Positions 27,101 to 37,053 are shown, counted from the first letter of the stretch. The stretch: 64,000 nucleotides of DNA from Candidatus Omnitrophota bacterium (GCA_016783745.1 JADHVZ010000007.1:259-64258); one strand, 5' to 3'. The notes: generated by a model not told the origin, from the letters alone. A program made the numbers and translations.

Positions 27101-29221
27101 TACCCCGTCCCCGAATTGCCAGAGATGGCTCTCTATGACACCTGTTGATAAGTCTGTGAAGTGTACTGTGAGAGGCAGATCTCCTTCCGTGACATCAGCG
27201 GTAAAGTCCGCTATGCCGTGGTTCGCTTCTTCGTCTTCAGTAACGATTATAGTGATATCCTGAGAAACGCTCTCGCCATTCGTATCAGTTACGATGATCC
27301 TTACGGGAGAGTACGGGCTCTGTTCGGATGAGCCAAGAGGCAGTCTCCAGCTGAATCTGCCCATATATCTTGATCTGCCCTGCCGGGTAGTTATTACGGC
27401 ATTTACCATGTAACGGTCTTGGAATCTGTTTAACTCACTGGTATCAATAGAGAATTCGAGTGGCAGGCCTTCAGGATGCGAGGCTATTACTATTATCTCA
27501 AGAAGCTCTCTTTCTTCAACGGTCCATATTTCATCAATAGGGTCCATCTCAGGGCCGCCTGATACCCCTGTAAATAGTTCTCTTAAGCTATAATAGGCCT
27601 GGCGGGGCTCTACCTCATCGATACCGTCACCGGAGGTGTTCCAGGGATGCTCTAAAAAGTCTATTCCGTCATCGGCAATTCTCACAATGCCCCAGTATTC
27701 CTCACTGGCGCGTCCGTCAGGCAGATTACCGCCCCAGTCCGCTTCCGGTCCGGTCTCATGCTCCGATGGGCTGCCGGCAGCGTCCTTCCACCATTCATCA
27801 GAATATTCCATGATGGTCCCGCCGAGACAGATATCTGATGCCATGATCTGCCGGGTGTTCGCCACTACCCATGCGGCCTGAGCATCTTCATCCTCTTCTC
27901 CCGCCCCTGTGTTATAGGCATCAGCGCCATACTCCGTTATGACGAGCGGCTTATCGCTCCTTTGTCTGTAAAAGTCAAAAAAGCTTCCGGCCTGGCCAAA
28001 AAAGTCTATGTTATGAAAGTCCCTGTAATAGGCGTTAACCCCCCATACATCTATGAAGGGCAGCTGTTGATCGTGGCCTCCGAACTCGCTTTCACCGATA
28101 TACAAGATACCGCCGTTGATGATCATGACGGGATGATAAGAATCGCCTTCTATCTCATACGCTACCTCTGCGAGTCTATTGCAAAGGCTGTAAAATCCAT
28201 TGGCTATGTCGGTCTTACTCCTTCCGTAGGCCGCGGCTATCTCGTCGAATGACAGGCTAAGCTCATTGCCTAATGCCCACATAAGAACTGAATCTTCATT
28301 TCTATATGCGCTGACAAAATTCCTGAAATTCTGTTCTATCGAATTCCGTTGGCTGGCTTGGGTGAAATCGACCTTGTTAATCCAGAAGCCGGCTATGACC
28401 TTCAATCCATATTCCTCGGCCTTGGCCAGGATATTCCTTCCCGGCAATCCCCACGATCTTATAGTATTGAAGCCCGCATCGACCAGGAGAGGAAAGTCTC
28501 TGTCGTAAAATCTTGAGTCGTCGGAGGGAGGTGGCAGGCCGCCTATGGGCGTGGGCTGGTATCCTACGCCTTTAATGGTGAATGGCTCGCCGTTCACATA
28601 AAGAGTTTTGTCTGATTTTATGATGACTACCGGGCCTGTGCTTTCGGGCTTTTCGGGGGGCGGCGGCGGAGGTGCGACTTCGCCCATTTTAAAGCTGAGG
28701 TTATCAAGATAAATAGTGCCGCTACCTTGAAAGACTATGCTTACAGATCTCATCTTAGTCTTATCCATGCCTATGAATTCGTGCAAAGGGATATCTATTT
28801 CCTGCCATTCGGTCGTTGTATCTGAGAAGTTGACCGATGGATGAGGTGGTATACCAGATCCGGATTGAAGCTCCAATCTCATTGTTTCCCCGCCCCTATC
28901 GCCTCTTATTGAGAAAGATAAGAACGCGTAATCACTGATGTCCAGGTAAGTCCTGTCATCCCATACATTAGATGCGTACCAGTTATTATTTTGATATATA
29001 AATCTTCGGCTCTTTGACCCATCAAATGAGCCTGAGGCCGTCTCGGTCATGGAGGCACTGCCGCCCGTCCAGAATCTTAGCGTATTAGCGTTAGAATTAC
29101 TGTCATTATAATCATCGATCATAAGAGATGACTGTTGGGCATAGGTCACCGGACAGGCCGCTGCCATAATGGCAAAGGCTACGCCAAACATCAAAATTTT
29201 AGATTTTGAGTTATGCTTCAT
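24191..29221 (-). CDS. Large secreted glycoside hydrolase: CBM-like, GH-A TIM barrel (GH2-like), 8 PKD domains, beta-helix
   Basis: Signal peptide; WALGNE acid/base and ITEYGAD nucleophile motifs; eight WxFGDG-type PKD repeats. Confidence 0.85.
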   Translation of the reverse strand: MKHNSKSKILMFGVAFAIMAAACPVTYAQQSSLMIDDYNDSNSNANTLRFWTGGSASMTETASGSFDGSKSRRFIYQNNNWYASNVWDDRTYLDISDYAFLSFSIRGDRGGETMRLELQSGSGIPPHPSVNFSDTTTEWQEIDIPLHEFIGMDKTKMRSVSIVFQGSGTIYLDNLSFKMGEVAPPPPPPEKPESTGPVVIIKSDKTLYVNGEPFTIKGVGYQPTPIGGLPPPSDDSRFYDRDFPLLVDAGFNTIRSWGLPGRNILAKAEEYGLKVIAGFWINKVDFTQASQRNSIEQNFRNFVSAYRNEDSVLMWALGNELSLSFDEIAAAYGRSKTDIANGFYSLCNRLAEVAYEIEGDSYHPVMIINGGILYIGESEFGGHDQQLPFIDVWGVNAYYRDFHNIDFFGQAGSFFDFYRQRSDKPLVITEYGADAYNTGAGEEDEDAQAAWVVANTRQIMASDICLGGTIMEYSDEWWKDAAGSPSEHETGPEADWGGNLPDGRASEEYWGIVRIADDGIDFLEHPWNTSGDGIDEVEPRQAYYSLRELFTGVSGGPEMDPIDEIWTVEERELLEIIVIASHPEGLPLEFSIDTSELNRFQDRYMVNAVITTRQGRSRYMGRFSWRLPLGSSEQSPYSPVRIIVTDTNGESVSQDITIIVTEDEEANHGIADFTADVTEGDLPLTVHFTDLSTGVIESHLWQFGDGVTSTQEDPTHTYNDPGDRTVSLTITTDVNTDTETKYNYISILYPPPTADFTTSPDPPTDEAPLTIHFTSLAVGEVTNHIWSFGVDMQSISTEKDPSYTYNTPGTYNIIYAVRGPGGSDYVIKEDYVIVSEPQPDPSVTDFTATPTNGAAPLTVQFKDESTEDFTSRQWYFHDGVQVSRDTKKNPFYTYNTPGTYNVTLIASGPDVRDSMTKKRYITVTAPTPDPPVANFTTSPTSGDAPLTVTFTNTSTGTITSSAWNFGDQSGYGNILQSGYGETVTHTYNDPGTYTVSLTATGPGGSDEEVKTNLVTVSSPAPVAGFGVSARYPRTGLAPLTIQFSDLSTGNIIEWFWNFGDGGSSREQNPLYIYNNPGVYPVALAVRGPSRRWDDEMKLSYITVTAQIPDPPVANFTTSRTSGDAPLTVAFTDTSMGTISTLQWNFGDESGYDNIIQSGYGQMVSHTYNIAGTYNVALTATGPGGSNTETKAGLVTVSGSSLKAVFDIDPEFSSRAGPAPHTVQFLDNSEGDISYWAWSFGDGGIGSERNPTHEYRSPGIYTVRLIVIGRLGGSAEERKINFINVTYPLPTADFTASPTERAAPLTVYFVNTSTGTIYDWSWDFGDGNTGYGDRPSHTYTEAGDYDVTLTVTGPGGSDAVIKSDLISVADNTMDFEQLKARIDNAYDGEEIEITPSIYQFTSNLEIAQDITLISRDPDPENTVFMLGGYHILIKVPGHTPTDANPFGGLGDVAIEGITIRGYRGISVNGPIQSYAENLTLNNCRIIDNEGIRASAVYTLWQSTLRINNTLIADNYNLTVRLAQPASLYLAGPDSYCGAIFLDNYAAFYAIRSTIADNYCDLMTYSYQNGYGQSGYGKVNYGAVHRNNTGIAGRYGNDQLSVVNSIMWNNTNDTEDPMDISQSDNEALSITILNSDIQQYDVAGEGIFETISEDPYFRDPDDYDYTPQNSNCAGMGVY

Positions 29222-29417
29222 CGTATCCTCTTTTTTCGAAACTTATTAAAACAACTAAAAAAGAGGGCTTAAAAAAAAGCCCCCTCCTCCTATTGTCACT
29301 ATAAGTATAGCATATATATACAAGCAGTCAATAGCAAATATATAGCTTTTTTATACCCTAACTAAATAAGGAAAGTGACCCATTTTTAAGAATAAAATAG
29401 TTGGATTTAGCAGATTT

Positions 29418-31133
29418 TTATAAGATGAGGTTGAGGAGGGCGCCGACTATTATTGCGGTGGTAAGCATTATGAGGGCTGACTTGAACATATCTTTGGCGC
29501 CAAGCTCCTTGGCCAGGATAGTGAATGTCGCTATGCAGGGAAAATATATAGAAAGGATGACACTTCCGATAACTAACTGTTTAGTGGTAAGATTTAACGG
29601 CCCGAGCATCCCCACAGCTACATCTTTTCTCAAAAAACCTATTATCAACGCCCCGATAGATTCTTCCGGCAAACCCCATATACGCTCGAGTATCGGCGCG
29701 AATATTCCTGAAACAAAATCAATAATACGCAGCGCGTACAAAACATTAACAAACAGTATACCTAAGAGGACAAGGGGAACGGCCTCTTTTATAAAACTAT
29801 AAATTCGCATATATAACTTTTTTATCACTGATCTGGCATGCGGAATCCGGTAGGGCGGTATTTCCACCAGTATCTCAGGGCTCTTGCCTTTTATGAACCT
29901 ATTTAGGATGAGGCCTTTAGCGATAAGAAGAAGGAATAATATTAAAAATATTAGCGCGACATATCTTCCTCCTCTCTGGCCTACCAGGCCCACTATCATC
30001 GCTATCTGCGCCATGCACGGCACAGCGATCGCCATCATCGTGGCGGCTATAAATTTTTCACGTTTGCCTTCGAGAAGGCGTGTAGCGAGAGCGCCGGGAA
30101 CATTGCAGCCCAAGCCTAAGATCATCGGGATTATCGCGTAACCGTGAAGTCCGAATCTGTGCATAATATTATCCGCTAAAACAGCCAGGCGCGGAAGATA
30201 TCCAAAATCCTCCAGAACGCCCAGCACAAGATAGAAGCTGATAATATATGGCAGTACCATCGCGAGCGGCACAAAGAGGCCCGTAGTAAAAAGCCCGAAA
30301 GACTGTGCGAAATCGATCCGGCCTTCTACTAAATTACCTATCAAAATTCCGCTCAATAGACTGTTCGCGCCGAAAAGGTGGTATAACTTCATCATCAAAG
30401 GCGCCCAGACATATTCAAAAAACGGCTCACACACGTAGCCTATCAAGGACTCCCCGGTAAAACGTATGACTAAAAAAGAAAGCGCCATAATGAGCAAAGA
30501 TATCGGTATGCCGGTGACAGGCCTTATGCTTAGATCAGCCAGCCGTTCTAAAAATGTATGATGCCTGTGGTGAAGGTGCTGTACTTCTTTCACTATCTTG
30601 CCGATATATTCCCACCTCTCGCTATCCTTAAGAGGTTCCATCTTTTTGGGCCTTGCTTTAGAAATATGCTCGACGAGCTCCTTAACGCCTTCTCCCGTAA
30701 GGCCGCAGGTCGTCACTACAGGGACACCCAGGATCTTTTCAAGTCTTTTTACATCTATCTGAATACCTTTGTGTTTTGTATCGTCCCACATATTGAGCGC
30801 CACGATAACGGGTATGTTTTTCTCCAGCAACTCTACCGTAAGATACAGGTTCCTCTCGAGATTCGTCGCATCCACGACATTGATTATCACGTCACCTTCT
30901 TCTATCATGCGCACCGCGACTTCTTCGGCTTTAGATGTGGGTTCCAGCGCGTATGTGCCGGGGATATCGATAATAGCGGGATTTGCCTCTCCTAATTTTA
31001 TATAACCCTGGGTAAATTCCACCGTTGTGCCGGGATAATTCGATATGATCACCCTGGCCCCTGTTAAACGTGAAAAGAGCGCGCTCTTTCCCACATTAGG
31101 ATTACCCATTAATAAGATCTTGTTTATAGCCAT
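29418..31133 (-). CDS. feoB: Ferrous iron transporter B
   Basis: GNPNVGKS, NYPGTTV, DIPG and NMWD GTPase motifs; membrane domain. Confidence 0.95.
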   Translation of the reverse strand: MAINKILLMGNPNVGKSALFSRLTGARVIISNYPGTTVEFTQGYIKLGEANPAIIDIPGTYALEPTSKAEEVAVRMIEEGDVIINVVDATNLERNLYLTVELLEKNIPVIVALNMWDDTKHKGIQIDVKRLEKILGVPVVTTCGLTGEGVKELVEHISKARPKKMEPLKDSERWEYIGKIVKEVQHLHHRHHTFLERLADLSIRPVTGIPISLLIMALSFLVIRFTGESLIGYVCEPFFEYVWAPLMMKLYHLFGANSLLSGILIGNLVEGRIDFAQSFGLFTTGLFVPLAMVLPYIISFYLVLGVLEDFGYLPRLAVLADNIMHRFGLHGYAIIPMILGLGCNVPGALATRLLEGKREKFIAATMMAIAVPCMAQIAMIVGLVGQRGGRYVALIFLILFLLLIAKGLILNRFIKGKSPEILVEIPPYRIPHARSVIKKLYMRIYSFIKEAVPLVLLGILFVNVLYALRIIDFVSGIFAPILERIWGLPEESIGALIIGFLRKDVAVGMLGPLNLTTKQLVIGSVILSIYFPCIATFTILAKELGAKDMFKSALIMLTTAIIVGALLNLIL

Positions 31134-31366
31134 TAGCGTTCTACCTCGACGAATATCTTCGATGCCATCCCGTGGCCTATTGCCACCTGAAATTTATCCA
31201 CCATGATAGTCTGCGGGCCTCTCCAGAAATGCGAGCCCACCTTCTTTATCTCCTTACCCGTACGTATACCTATGTTCTGGACCCTGGACGTGATCCCGTG
31301 GCCGCCCTGGATCTCGGCGATTTTGCCTATCTCTCCGCGCTTCATTTCAACGATGCTTATCTTCAT
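31133..31366 (-). CDS. feoA: Ferrous iron transport protein A
   Basis: 77 aa SH3-like; VAIGHGMASKIFVE; adjacent to feoB. Confidence 0.88.
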   Translation of the reverse strand: MKISIVEMKRGEIGKIAEIQGGHGITSRVQNIGIRTGKEIKKVGSHFWRGPQTIMVDKFQVAIGHGMASKIFVEVER

Positions 31367-31815
31367 CTCTTTCCTCTCTTCTTTACTTTATTTCCGCAAT
31401 CCTTGCAAATACCGTATATCTCCATCTTATGGCTTTTCGGTGTGAATGAAAATCTTTTAGCCAGTTTTAGCTGGAGCCTTTCGATCTCATCATCGGTAGC
31501 TTCAATGCACTTCCCGCATTCGCTGCATACCAGATGGTCATGGTGGGGATGGCCCAGTTTGTGCTCAAACCTCGCCGCCTTGTCGCCTAAGCCTACCCGC
31601 CTGGCCAGGTCCGCCTCACACATAAGCTTAAGCGTTCTAAACACTGTCGCGTGACCGACATACGGGTATCTTTTTCTGACAATAGCGTAAAGCTCTTCGG
31701 TAGTGACATGTTTTTCTGTACCCAAAAAGGCCTTTAATATTTCCTCGCGCTGGTGCGTAAACTTAAGACGTTGCGTCTTCAGGTACTTATTGAACACATC
31801 ATACGGCCCTGCCAT
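31363..31815 (-). CDS. fur: Fur-family transcriptional repressor
   Basis: ATVFRTLKL, HHDHLVCSECG and C-terminal CxxC; ATG at 31815 follows GGAGG. Confidence 0.9.
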   Translation of the reverse strand: MAGPYDVFNKYLKTQRLKFTHQREEILKAFLGTEKHVTTEELYAIVRKRYPYVGHATVFRTLKLMCEADLARRVGLGDKAARFEHKLGHPHHDHLVCSECGKCIEATDDEIERLQLKLAKRFSFTPKSHKMEIYGICKDCGNKVKKRGKR

Positions 31816-31842
31816 GTGCACCTCCCGATGCCTTACATCTAT

Positions 31843-31893
31843 TTGAAATTGAATTTCAATGTCAATTGTAACACAAAAAAATATACCTGTCAA
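31843..31893 (-). promoter_or_regulatory. fur-feoAB promoter with Fur-box-like operator
   Basis: TTGACA(31893-88)-17 bp-TACAAT(31870-65); palindrome TTGAAATT-G-AATTTCAA at 31843-31859. Confidence 0.75.
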
Positions 31894-31897
31894 GCGT

Positions 31898-32155
31898 TTA
31901 TTTTTTTATCAGCTTCATCATAACGTTCTTTATTCCTATTAGCTCCCCTATCTCGTTTTTCTCAATATAAGTATGCCCTATCCACTGCCAGAGGTACCCT
32001 AGGAATATGTTAAGAAGCCCTATCTTCCATCTACCTGTCAAAAGCTGAAATAACCCAAAAACAGCTTCAGGTATACCTATTATATGAAGAACCATATTGA
32101 CGTTGTTCGCGTGCCTGGACCTGTAATTCTTTATGTATTTGATCAAAGCTTTCAT
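31898..32155 (-). CDS. DUF962/Mpo1-like small membrane protein
   Basis: H...N..LHIIGIP and QWIGHTYIEKN motifs. Confidence 0.75.
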   Translation of the reverse strand: MKALIKYIKNYRSRHANNVNMVLHIIGIPEAVFGLFQLLTGRWKIGLLNIFLGYLWQWIGHTYIEKNEIGELIGIKNVMMKLIKK

Positions 32156-32157
32156 CT

Positions 32158-33069
32158 CTATCCTTTAAAACGCGAGCCCTGTTTTGTTTTTCTTTTTTTG
32201 AATTCTTCGTTCACCGCGCCTATTACTTCTGCCTTTTGATTGATCCATTTCGGCGCCACAAGAACGTCGTCACTTGCGTCTGAAATAAGCCGGAATATTA
32301 CGCACTCAGGGCTTATTATCTCCAGAAAATCGCAAATCGTTTGCACATACTCACTCTTCTGCATCAAATGTATATTTGAATCTTCGTATAACTGCCGGAG
32401 CTTCGTATCTTTAAGGACATGCAGTATGTGAAATTTAATACCGGAAACCGGCAGTTTAGCGATCTTCTCGGCAGTCTTGAGCATATCATCTTTTGTCTCC
32501 CCCGGCAAGCCTAATATGACATGAGCGGCTACTTTGATATTTCGCTCCGCTGCCATCTCCGAGGCTCTGACAAAGTCATGATAGGCATGCCCCCTGTTTA
32601 TAAATTTTAGAGTCCTTTCGTGGCTGGTCTGCAGTCCGTATTCGATCCATGTATCATAGTCATCGCTATAAGACTTAATGAGGTCGAGCTTTTTCTCATC
32701 CACACAGTCCGGACGCGTGGAAATATATAAGCCGATGATATCGGGGTACTCCTTAATAGTATCATACGCGTCTTTAAGCCTGTTCAAAGGCGCGTAGGTA
32801 TTGGTGGCATTCTGGAAATAAGCTATAAACTTCTTCGCGTTATAACGCTTTTTCACGTGATCTATGGACTGCCGTATTTGATCATCCAGAGAAAGTCCGG
32901 TATTGGCAAAATGCGAAAACCCTTTATCGTTGCAATAGATGCAACCTTCTTCGCTGATCTTCCCGTCTTTATTCGGACAAGTAAAACCCGCGTTGAGGCT
33001 CAACCGCTGCACCCTCTCCCCGAATTTACCCTTTAAATAATCATTGAATGAGTAATAATGCGTTTCCAT
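32158..33069 (-). CDS. YhcC/TIGR01212-family radical SAM protein
   Basis: GFTCPNKDG...GCIYC, YFQNATNTY and STRPDC motifs. Confidence 0.9.
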   Translation of the reverse strand: METHYYSFNDYLKGKFGERVQRLSLNAGFTCPNKDGKISEEGCIYCNDKGFSHFANTGLSLDDQIRQSIDHVKKRYNAKKFIAYFQNATNTYAPLNRLKDAYDTIKEYPDIIGLYISTRPDCVDEKKLDLIKSYSDDYDTWIEYGLQTSHERTLKFINRGHAYHDFVRASEMAAERNIKVAAHVILGLPGETKDDMLKTAEKIAKLPVSGIKFHILHVLKDTKLRQLYEDSNIHLMQKSEYVQTICDFLEIISPECVIFRLISDASDDVLVAPKWINQKAEVIGAVNEEFKKRKTKQGSRFKG

Positions 33070-33101
33070 GTTAAGCCTATAAAAAGCGGAAAACGTCCCC
33101 T

Positions 33102-34961
33102 CTACTTATGCAGTTTCACCATAAGGAGTGAGACGGCTGCCGGCGTGATCCCGGAGATCCTTGCCGCCTGGCCTAAAGAATGCGGCTTGAAGTGTTTTAA
33201 TTTTTCTCTGATCTCATTTGAGAGGCCGTTTACCGAAGAATAATCAAACCCGCCGGGTATCTTCATAGAATCAATTCGCTCCAGCTTCTTTATGTTCATA
33301 AGTTCTCTTCTGACATAACCCTCGTATTTTATGTCGACTTCAACCTGAACCTTTTCATAGTAATCAAGACACTTGAGTTTGCCCATTTTTAACACATCCT
33401 TGTAAGATACGCCGGGCCTTTTCAAGATCTGGTTAAGCCTCGCGGGATTTGATATCGGCGCGCTATTTAACCTCTTAAGAGAATCATTGACGCGCTTTGA
33501 GGGCTTTACGATAATGGAATCAAGTTTGGCCTTTTCTGACTCTACTTTCTTTATTTTATTTTTCATAAACGATAACCTGCTTTTTGAAACAAGGCCTACG
33601 TCCTGTCCGATACCCATAAGACGTATATCGGCATTGTCTTCTCTTACCAGCAAGCGATGCTCCACCCGGGAAGTAAACATCCTGTACGGCTCACTTGTCC
33701 CCTTGGTCACCAGATCATCTATAAGGACTCCGATATAGGCCTGTGACCTGTTAAGGATAAGCGGTTTTCTTTTTTTGATCTTTAGCGCGGCATTGATCCC
33801 GGCCATAAGCCCTAAAGACGCGGCTTCTTCATAACCTGTCGTGCCGTTTATCTGGCCGGCCATATAAAGCCCGCTGACAATTTTTGTCTCAAGAGTAGCG
33901 TAGAGAGAAGTCGGATCCACAAAATCGTATTCTATACCGTATCCGGGTTTGTTTATCCTGACCTTCTCAAGTCCCTTTACGCTGTGAAGGATATCTTCCT
34001 GGACATCGACGGGCAGGCTTGTGGCTATCCCGTTGGGATAATACTCATCCGTATCTAAGCCTTCCGGCTCCAAGAATACGGTATGAGAATCTCTCCCGGA
34101 AAAACGCAGGACCTTATCTTCTATGGACGGGCAATATCTTACACCTGTCGATTTGATCACTCCTGTATAAAGGGGGGACCTATCCAGGTTGTCCCTGATG
34201 ATCTTATGCGTCTTTTTGTTTGTCTGTGTGATATAGCACGGGACCTGTTTAAGCTTCAGCTTTTTTGTTGAAAAGGAAAAAGGGATGACCTCTTTGTCGC
34301 CGTACTGGGCCTTTAAAACGGAAAAATCTATTGTTTTCCCGTCGAGCCGCGGCGTAGTCCCGGTCTTAAGGCTGCCTACACTGAATCCGTGCTTTTTAAG
34401 GCTTTTCGACAGGTCAATACAGGCCTGCTCGCCCATTCTCCCGCCGGGGAAATGTTCAAGCCCTAAGTGAATAAGCCCGTTCAAGAATGTCCCTGTGGTC
34501 AATATGACCGCGGAGGCGTTTATCTTTTTGCCTGGTTTTGTGACCACACCTTTACAGGCCTTGTCTTTTATTATCAGGTCTGCTACTTCATCTTCCAGCA
34601 CATCAAGGTTTTTTTGTTTCAAAACACGTTCCCGCATATACTGATTATACTTAACGCGGTCCGCCTGAATGCGCGAAGAACGAGCCGCGTAGCCTTTTGA
34701 AGAATTGAGCATCCTGTACTGGATCGCCGCGGCATCAGCGGCTTTTGCCATCTCCCCGCCAAGCGCGTCTACTTCCTTTACAAGCTGCCCCTTACCCAAA
34801 CCTCCTATCGCGGGATTGCAGGACATAAAACCTATTTTTTCCGCGCTTAAGGTCACAAGCAGCGTCTTAAGCCCTGACCTTCCGCCGCATAACGCCGCTT
34901 CACAACCCGCGTGTCCGCCGCCTACCACGATGATGTCATATTTATTTTTTGCCCGAGCCAT
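33102..34961 (-). CDS. mnmG: tRNA uridine-5-carboxymethylaminomethyl modification enzyme
   Basis: GGGHAGCEAA, MSCNPAIGG, RYCPSIEDK and AGQINGTTGYEEAA motifs. Confidence 0.97.
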   Translation of the reverse strand: MARAKNKYDIIVVGGGHAGCEAALCGGRSGLKTLLVTLSAEKIGFMSCNPAIGGLGKGQLVKEVDALGGEMAKAADAAAIQYRMLNSSKGYAARSSRIQADRVKYNQYMRERVLKQKNLDVLEDEVADLIIKDKACKGVVTKPGKKINASAVILTTGTFLNGLIHLGLEHFPGGRMGEQACIDLSKSLKKHGFSVGSLKTGTTPRLDGKTIDFSVLKAQYGDKEVIPFSFSTKKLKLKQVPCYITQTNKKTHKIIRDNLDRSPLYTGVIKSTGVRYCPSIEDKVLRFSGRDSHTVFLEPEGLDTDEYYPNGIATSLPVDVQEDILHSVKGLEKVRINKPGYGIEYDFVDPTSLYATLETKIVSGLYMAGQINGTTGYEEAASLGLMAGINAALKIKKRKPLILNRSQAYIGVLIDDLVTKGTSEPYRMFTSRVEHRLLVREDNADIRLMGIGQDVGLVSKSRLSFMKNKIKKVESEKAKLDSIIVKPSKRVNDSLKRLNSAPISNPARLNQILKRPGVSYKDVLKMGKLKCLDYYEKVQVEVDIKYEGYVRRELMNIKKLERIDSMKIPGGFDYSSVNGLSNEIREKLKHFKPHSLGQAARISGITPAAVSLLMVKLHK

Positions 34962-35118
34962 ATAGCGCCTTCTTCCTGTTAAATCAATACGCGTTCCAAT
35001 ACGATACCACAAATAACTTCCAAAATCAATTTTAAAAATATTTGAATTATCGGGGTTTTGTGATATACTTATAGCTGATAATTAAATTATATTATAGTCA
35101 AATACAAAGGAGTAATTG

Positions 35119-35991
35119 ATGAAAAAAGTAATACTATTTGGATTGATCGTCAGTTTGTTTATAGGCCTCTTTTTACCCTGCCGGGTATCCGCGCAGACCA
35201 GAGTAGCAAAAATAATCTTTATGGATGGAGAAGTACAAGTCCAGCGCGGAGGCGGCGGTAATTGGACGGATGCCGAAAAAGGCATGGTGCTGGCTGCCGG
35301 CGATAAGTTAAAGACAGGTGATGATTCCTGGTCGGAAGTAAGCATCGGAGAAGGGCATCAAAACGTCGTAAGGGTGCAACAGCAGACCCTGACAGAGGTC
35401 AAAGACCTGGGCCCCGTACGGATATATCTTCTCAAGGGCGAATTACGTACACTGCTTGAGGAACTCAACCCTGATGAGACTTTCGAGATCGTGACTCCTA
35501 CGGCTGTATGCGGCACCAGAGGAACAGGCTGGGATACTATCACTGACGGCGTCAAGACAGTGGTTGACGTGTACGAAGCCTCTATCTTCTTCGGCAAGCT
35601 ATCCGATGAGGGCGAATTAATGGCAGGCCCCATAATCAAGACCGGCAAAAGAGGTGTTCTGGAAGACCGTGTCAGGCCCATTAAGATCAAAAATATCCCG
35701 GCCGGCAGGAAGCGCTCCTGGAATAAGTGGAAGAAGGACTTCAGCCAAAGGCGCGCCGTTGAAACAGGTAAAAGCGGTGACAGTGACGAGGGTGATGGCG
35801 GTAACGGCGGAGATGACGGTGAAGGCAGTGACGGAAAAGGAGAATTGGCCGAAAAAGTCAAAGTCACAAACAAACAACAAAAATCTATCGAATCCATCAA
35901 AGAAAGTAAAACAAATGTTTCCGACAGGCTCGATGAAGGCGATATAGATAACAGGACCAAGGACAATAGTGACGGCGGCGGCCAGTATTAA
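35119..35991 (+). CDS. Exported FecR-domain protein with acidic Gly-rich tail
   Basis: Signal peptide; GDKLKTGDDS and FEIVTPTAVCGTRGT motifs. Confidence 0.8.
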   Translation: MKKVILFGLIVSLFIGLFLPCRVSAQTRVAKIIFMDGEVQVQRGGGGNWTDAEKGMVLAAGDKLKTGDDSWSEVSIGEGHQNVVRVQQQTLTEVKDLGPVRIYLLKGELRTLLEELNPDETFEIVTPTAVCGTRGTGWDTITDGVKTVVDVYEASIFFGKLSDEGELMAGPIIKTGKRGVLEDRVRPIKIKNIPAGRKRSWNKWKKDFSQRRAVETGKSGDSDEGDGGNGGDDGEGSDGKGELAEKVKVTNKQQKSIESIKESKTNVSDRLDEGDIDNRTKDNSDGGGQY

Positions 35992-36027
35992 AAAAAGAAC
36001 GAGTAAATCAAGAAAGGGACTTATAGT

Positions 36028-37053
36028 ATGAGACCTCGATATTTAACGACAGTTTTATTCATTTTGTGTCTTCTGTTGACCCGTCCCCTTTTTGCCGTTG
36101 AGGATGGGGATATTCTGTATCCCACAATAGGTAAGGGAGAAGATATCGCCCTCGAAGAGTCTGAGAAATATGAATTTGAAAATTTCGATTATGCGTTGTC
36201 CGGCTCTACGCTGCTCGGATATGATACCAACGTCCATCTGGAGCACTATGACCCGGCTTCAAGTATTTTTATGCAAAACGCCTTCGGCGCGAACTCCACC
36301 TCTCAGCTTTTCGAACTCTGTACGTTGCGATTGAGCTATGACATTACTTCCATAAAGTATTTCAGGTTTTCGGAACCGGATCTTCTGGACAATATCCTGG
36401 GCGCCGGCATAGACACAAAGGTGACCGATGGCCTGCTGTTTTCACTTGATTATACATTCGATTTTGTGGATTTCCCGCATGATAAGGCCAGTGAATATAC
36501 AATGGGCGAAATATCGGCCGGCGTAAAGCATGACATAACGGATTCTCTTTATCATCAGTTAATATATAAATTTTCAAATAAACATTATCCCAAGTGGAAG
36601 ACCAGAAATGACGGTGGTATAGTACGGATGGGCGATAGAAAAGATGTAAGAAATACTTTCATGCACCGGCTGGGCTGGTATATCAGCGATAAAACATTCC
36701 TGCAGGCTGAAAATTCACTTTACTTCAATAACTCAAATGATATGTTTCTGGACTTTTATGACTACACGGCGATAAAGACTAAAGGATCCATCCTTCACCT
36801 TATAACGGATAAATTCTACGCTCTGGCAAATGCCGGATATCAATATCAGGTTTACAGAAACCGCGTCGTATCGGACCATGTCGACGGCGATGAGCGGGAT
36901 AAACTCCTGATGTGCGGCGCATCATTGTTTTACGATGTAAAACCCGGGGTCTCTGCGGGGTTAAATCTGGATTACAGCAAAAATTTCTCCAATGAAGGGG
37001 AGGAAAAATATCAGGATCTTATGATCTCAAGCGGATTATACTGGAATTACTAG
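36028..37053 (+). CDS. Putative outer-membrane beta-barrel protein
   Basis: Signal peptide, GYDTNV motif, alternating beta-strands, aromatic C-terminus GLYWNY. Confidence 0.7.
   Translation: MRPRYLTTVLFILCLLLTRPLFAVEDGDILYPTIGKGEDIALEESEKYEFENFDYALSGSTLLGYDTNVHLEHYDPASSIFMQNAFGANSTSQLFELCTLRLSYDITSIKYFRFSEPDLLDNILGAGIDTKVTDGLLFSLDYTFDFVDFPHDKASEYTMGEISAGVKHDITDSLYHQLIYKFSNKHYPKWKTRNDGGIVRMGDRKDVRNTFMHRLGWYISDKTFLQAENSLYFNNSNDMFLDFYDYTAIKTKGSILHLITDKFYALANAGYQYQVYRNRVVSDHVDGDERDKLLMCGASLFYDVKPGVSAGLNLDYSKNFSNEGEEKYQDLMISSGLYWNY

Noticed and set aside
35358-35966. 202-aa antisense ORF, and similar shadow ORFs such as 25028-25525 and 63148-63780
   Set aside because: They lie opposite well-supported genes and show no motifs.
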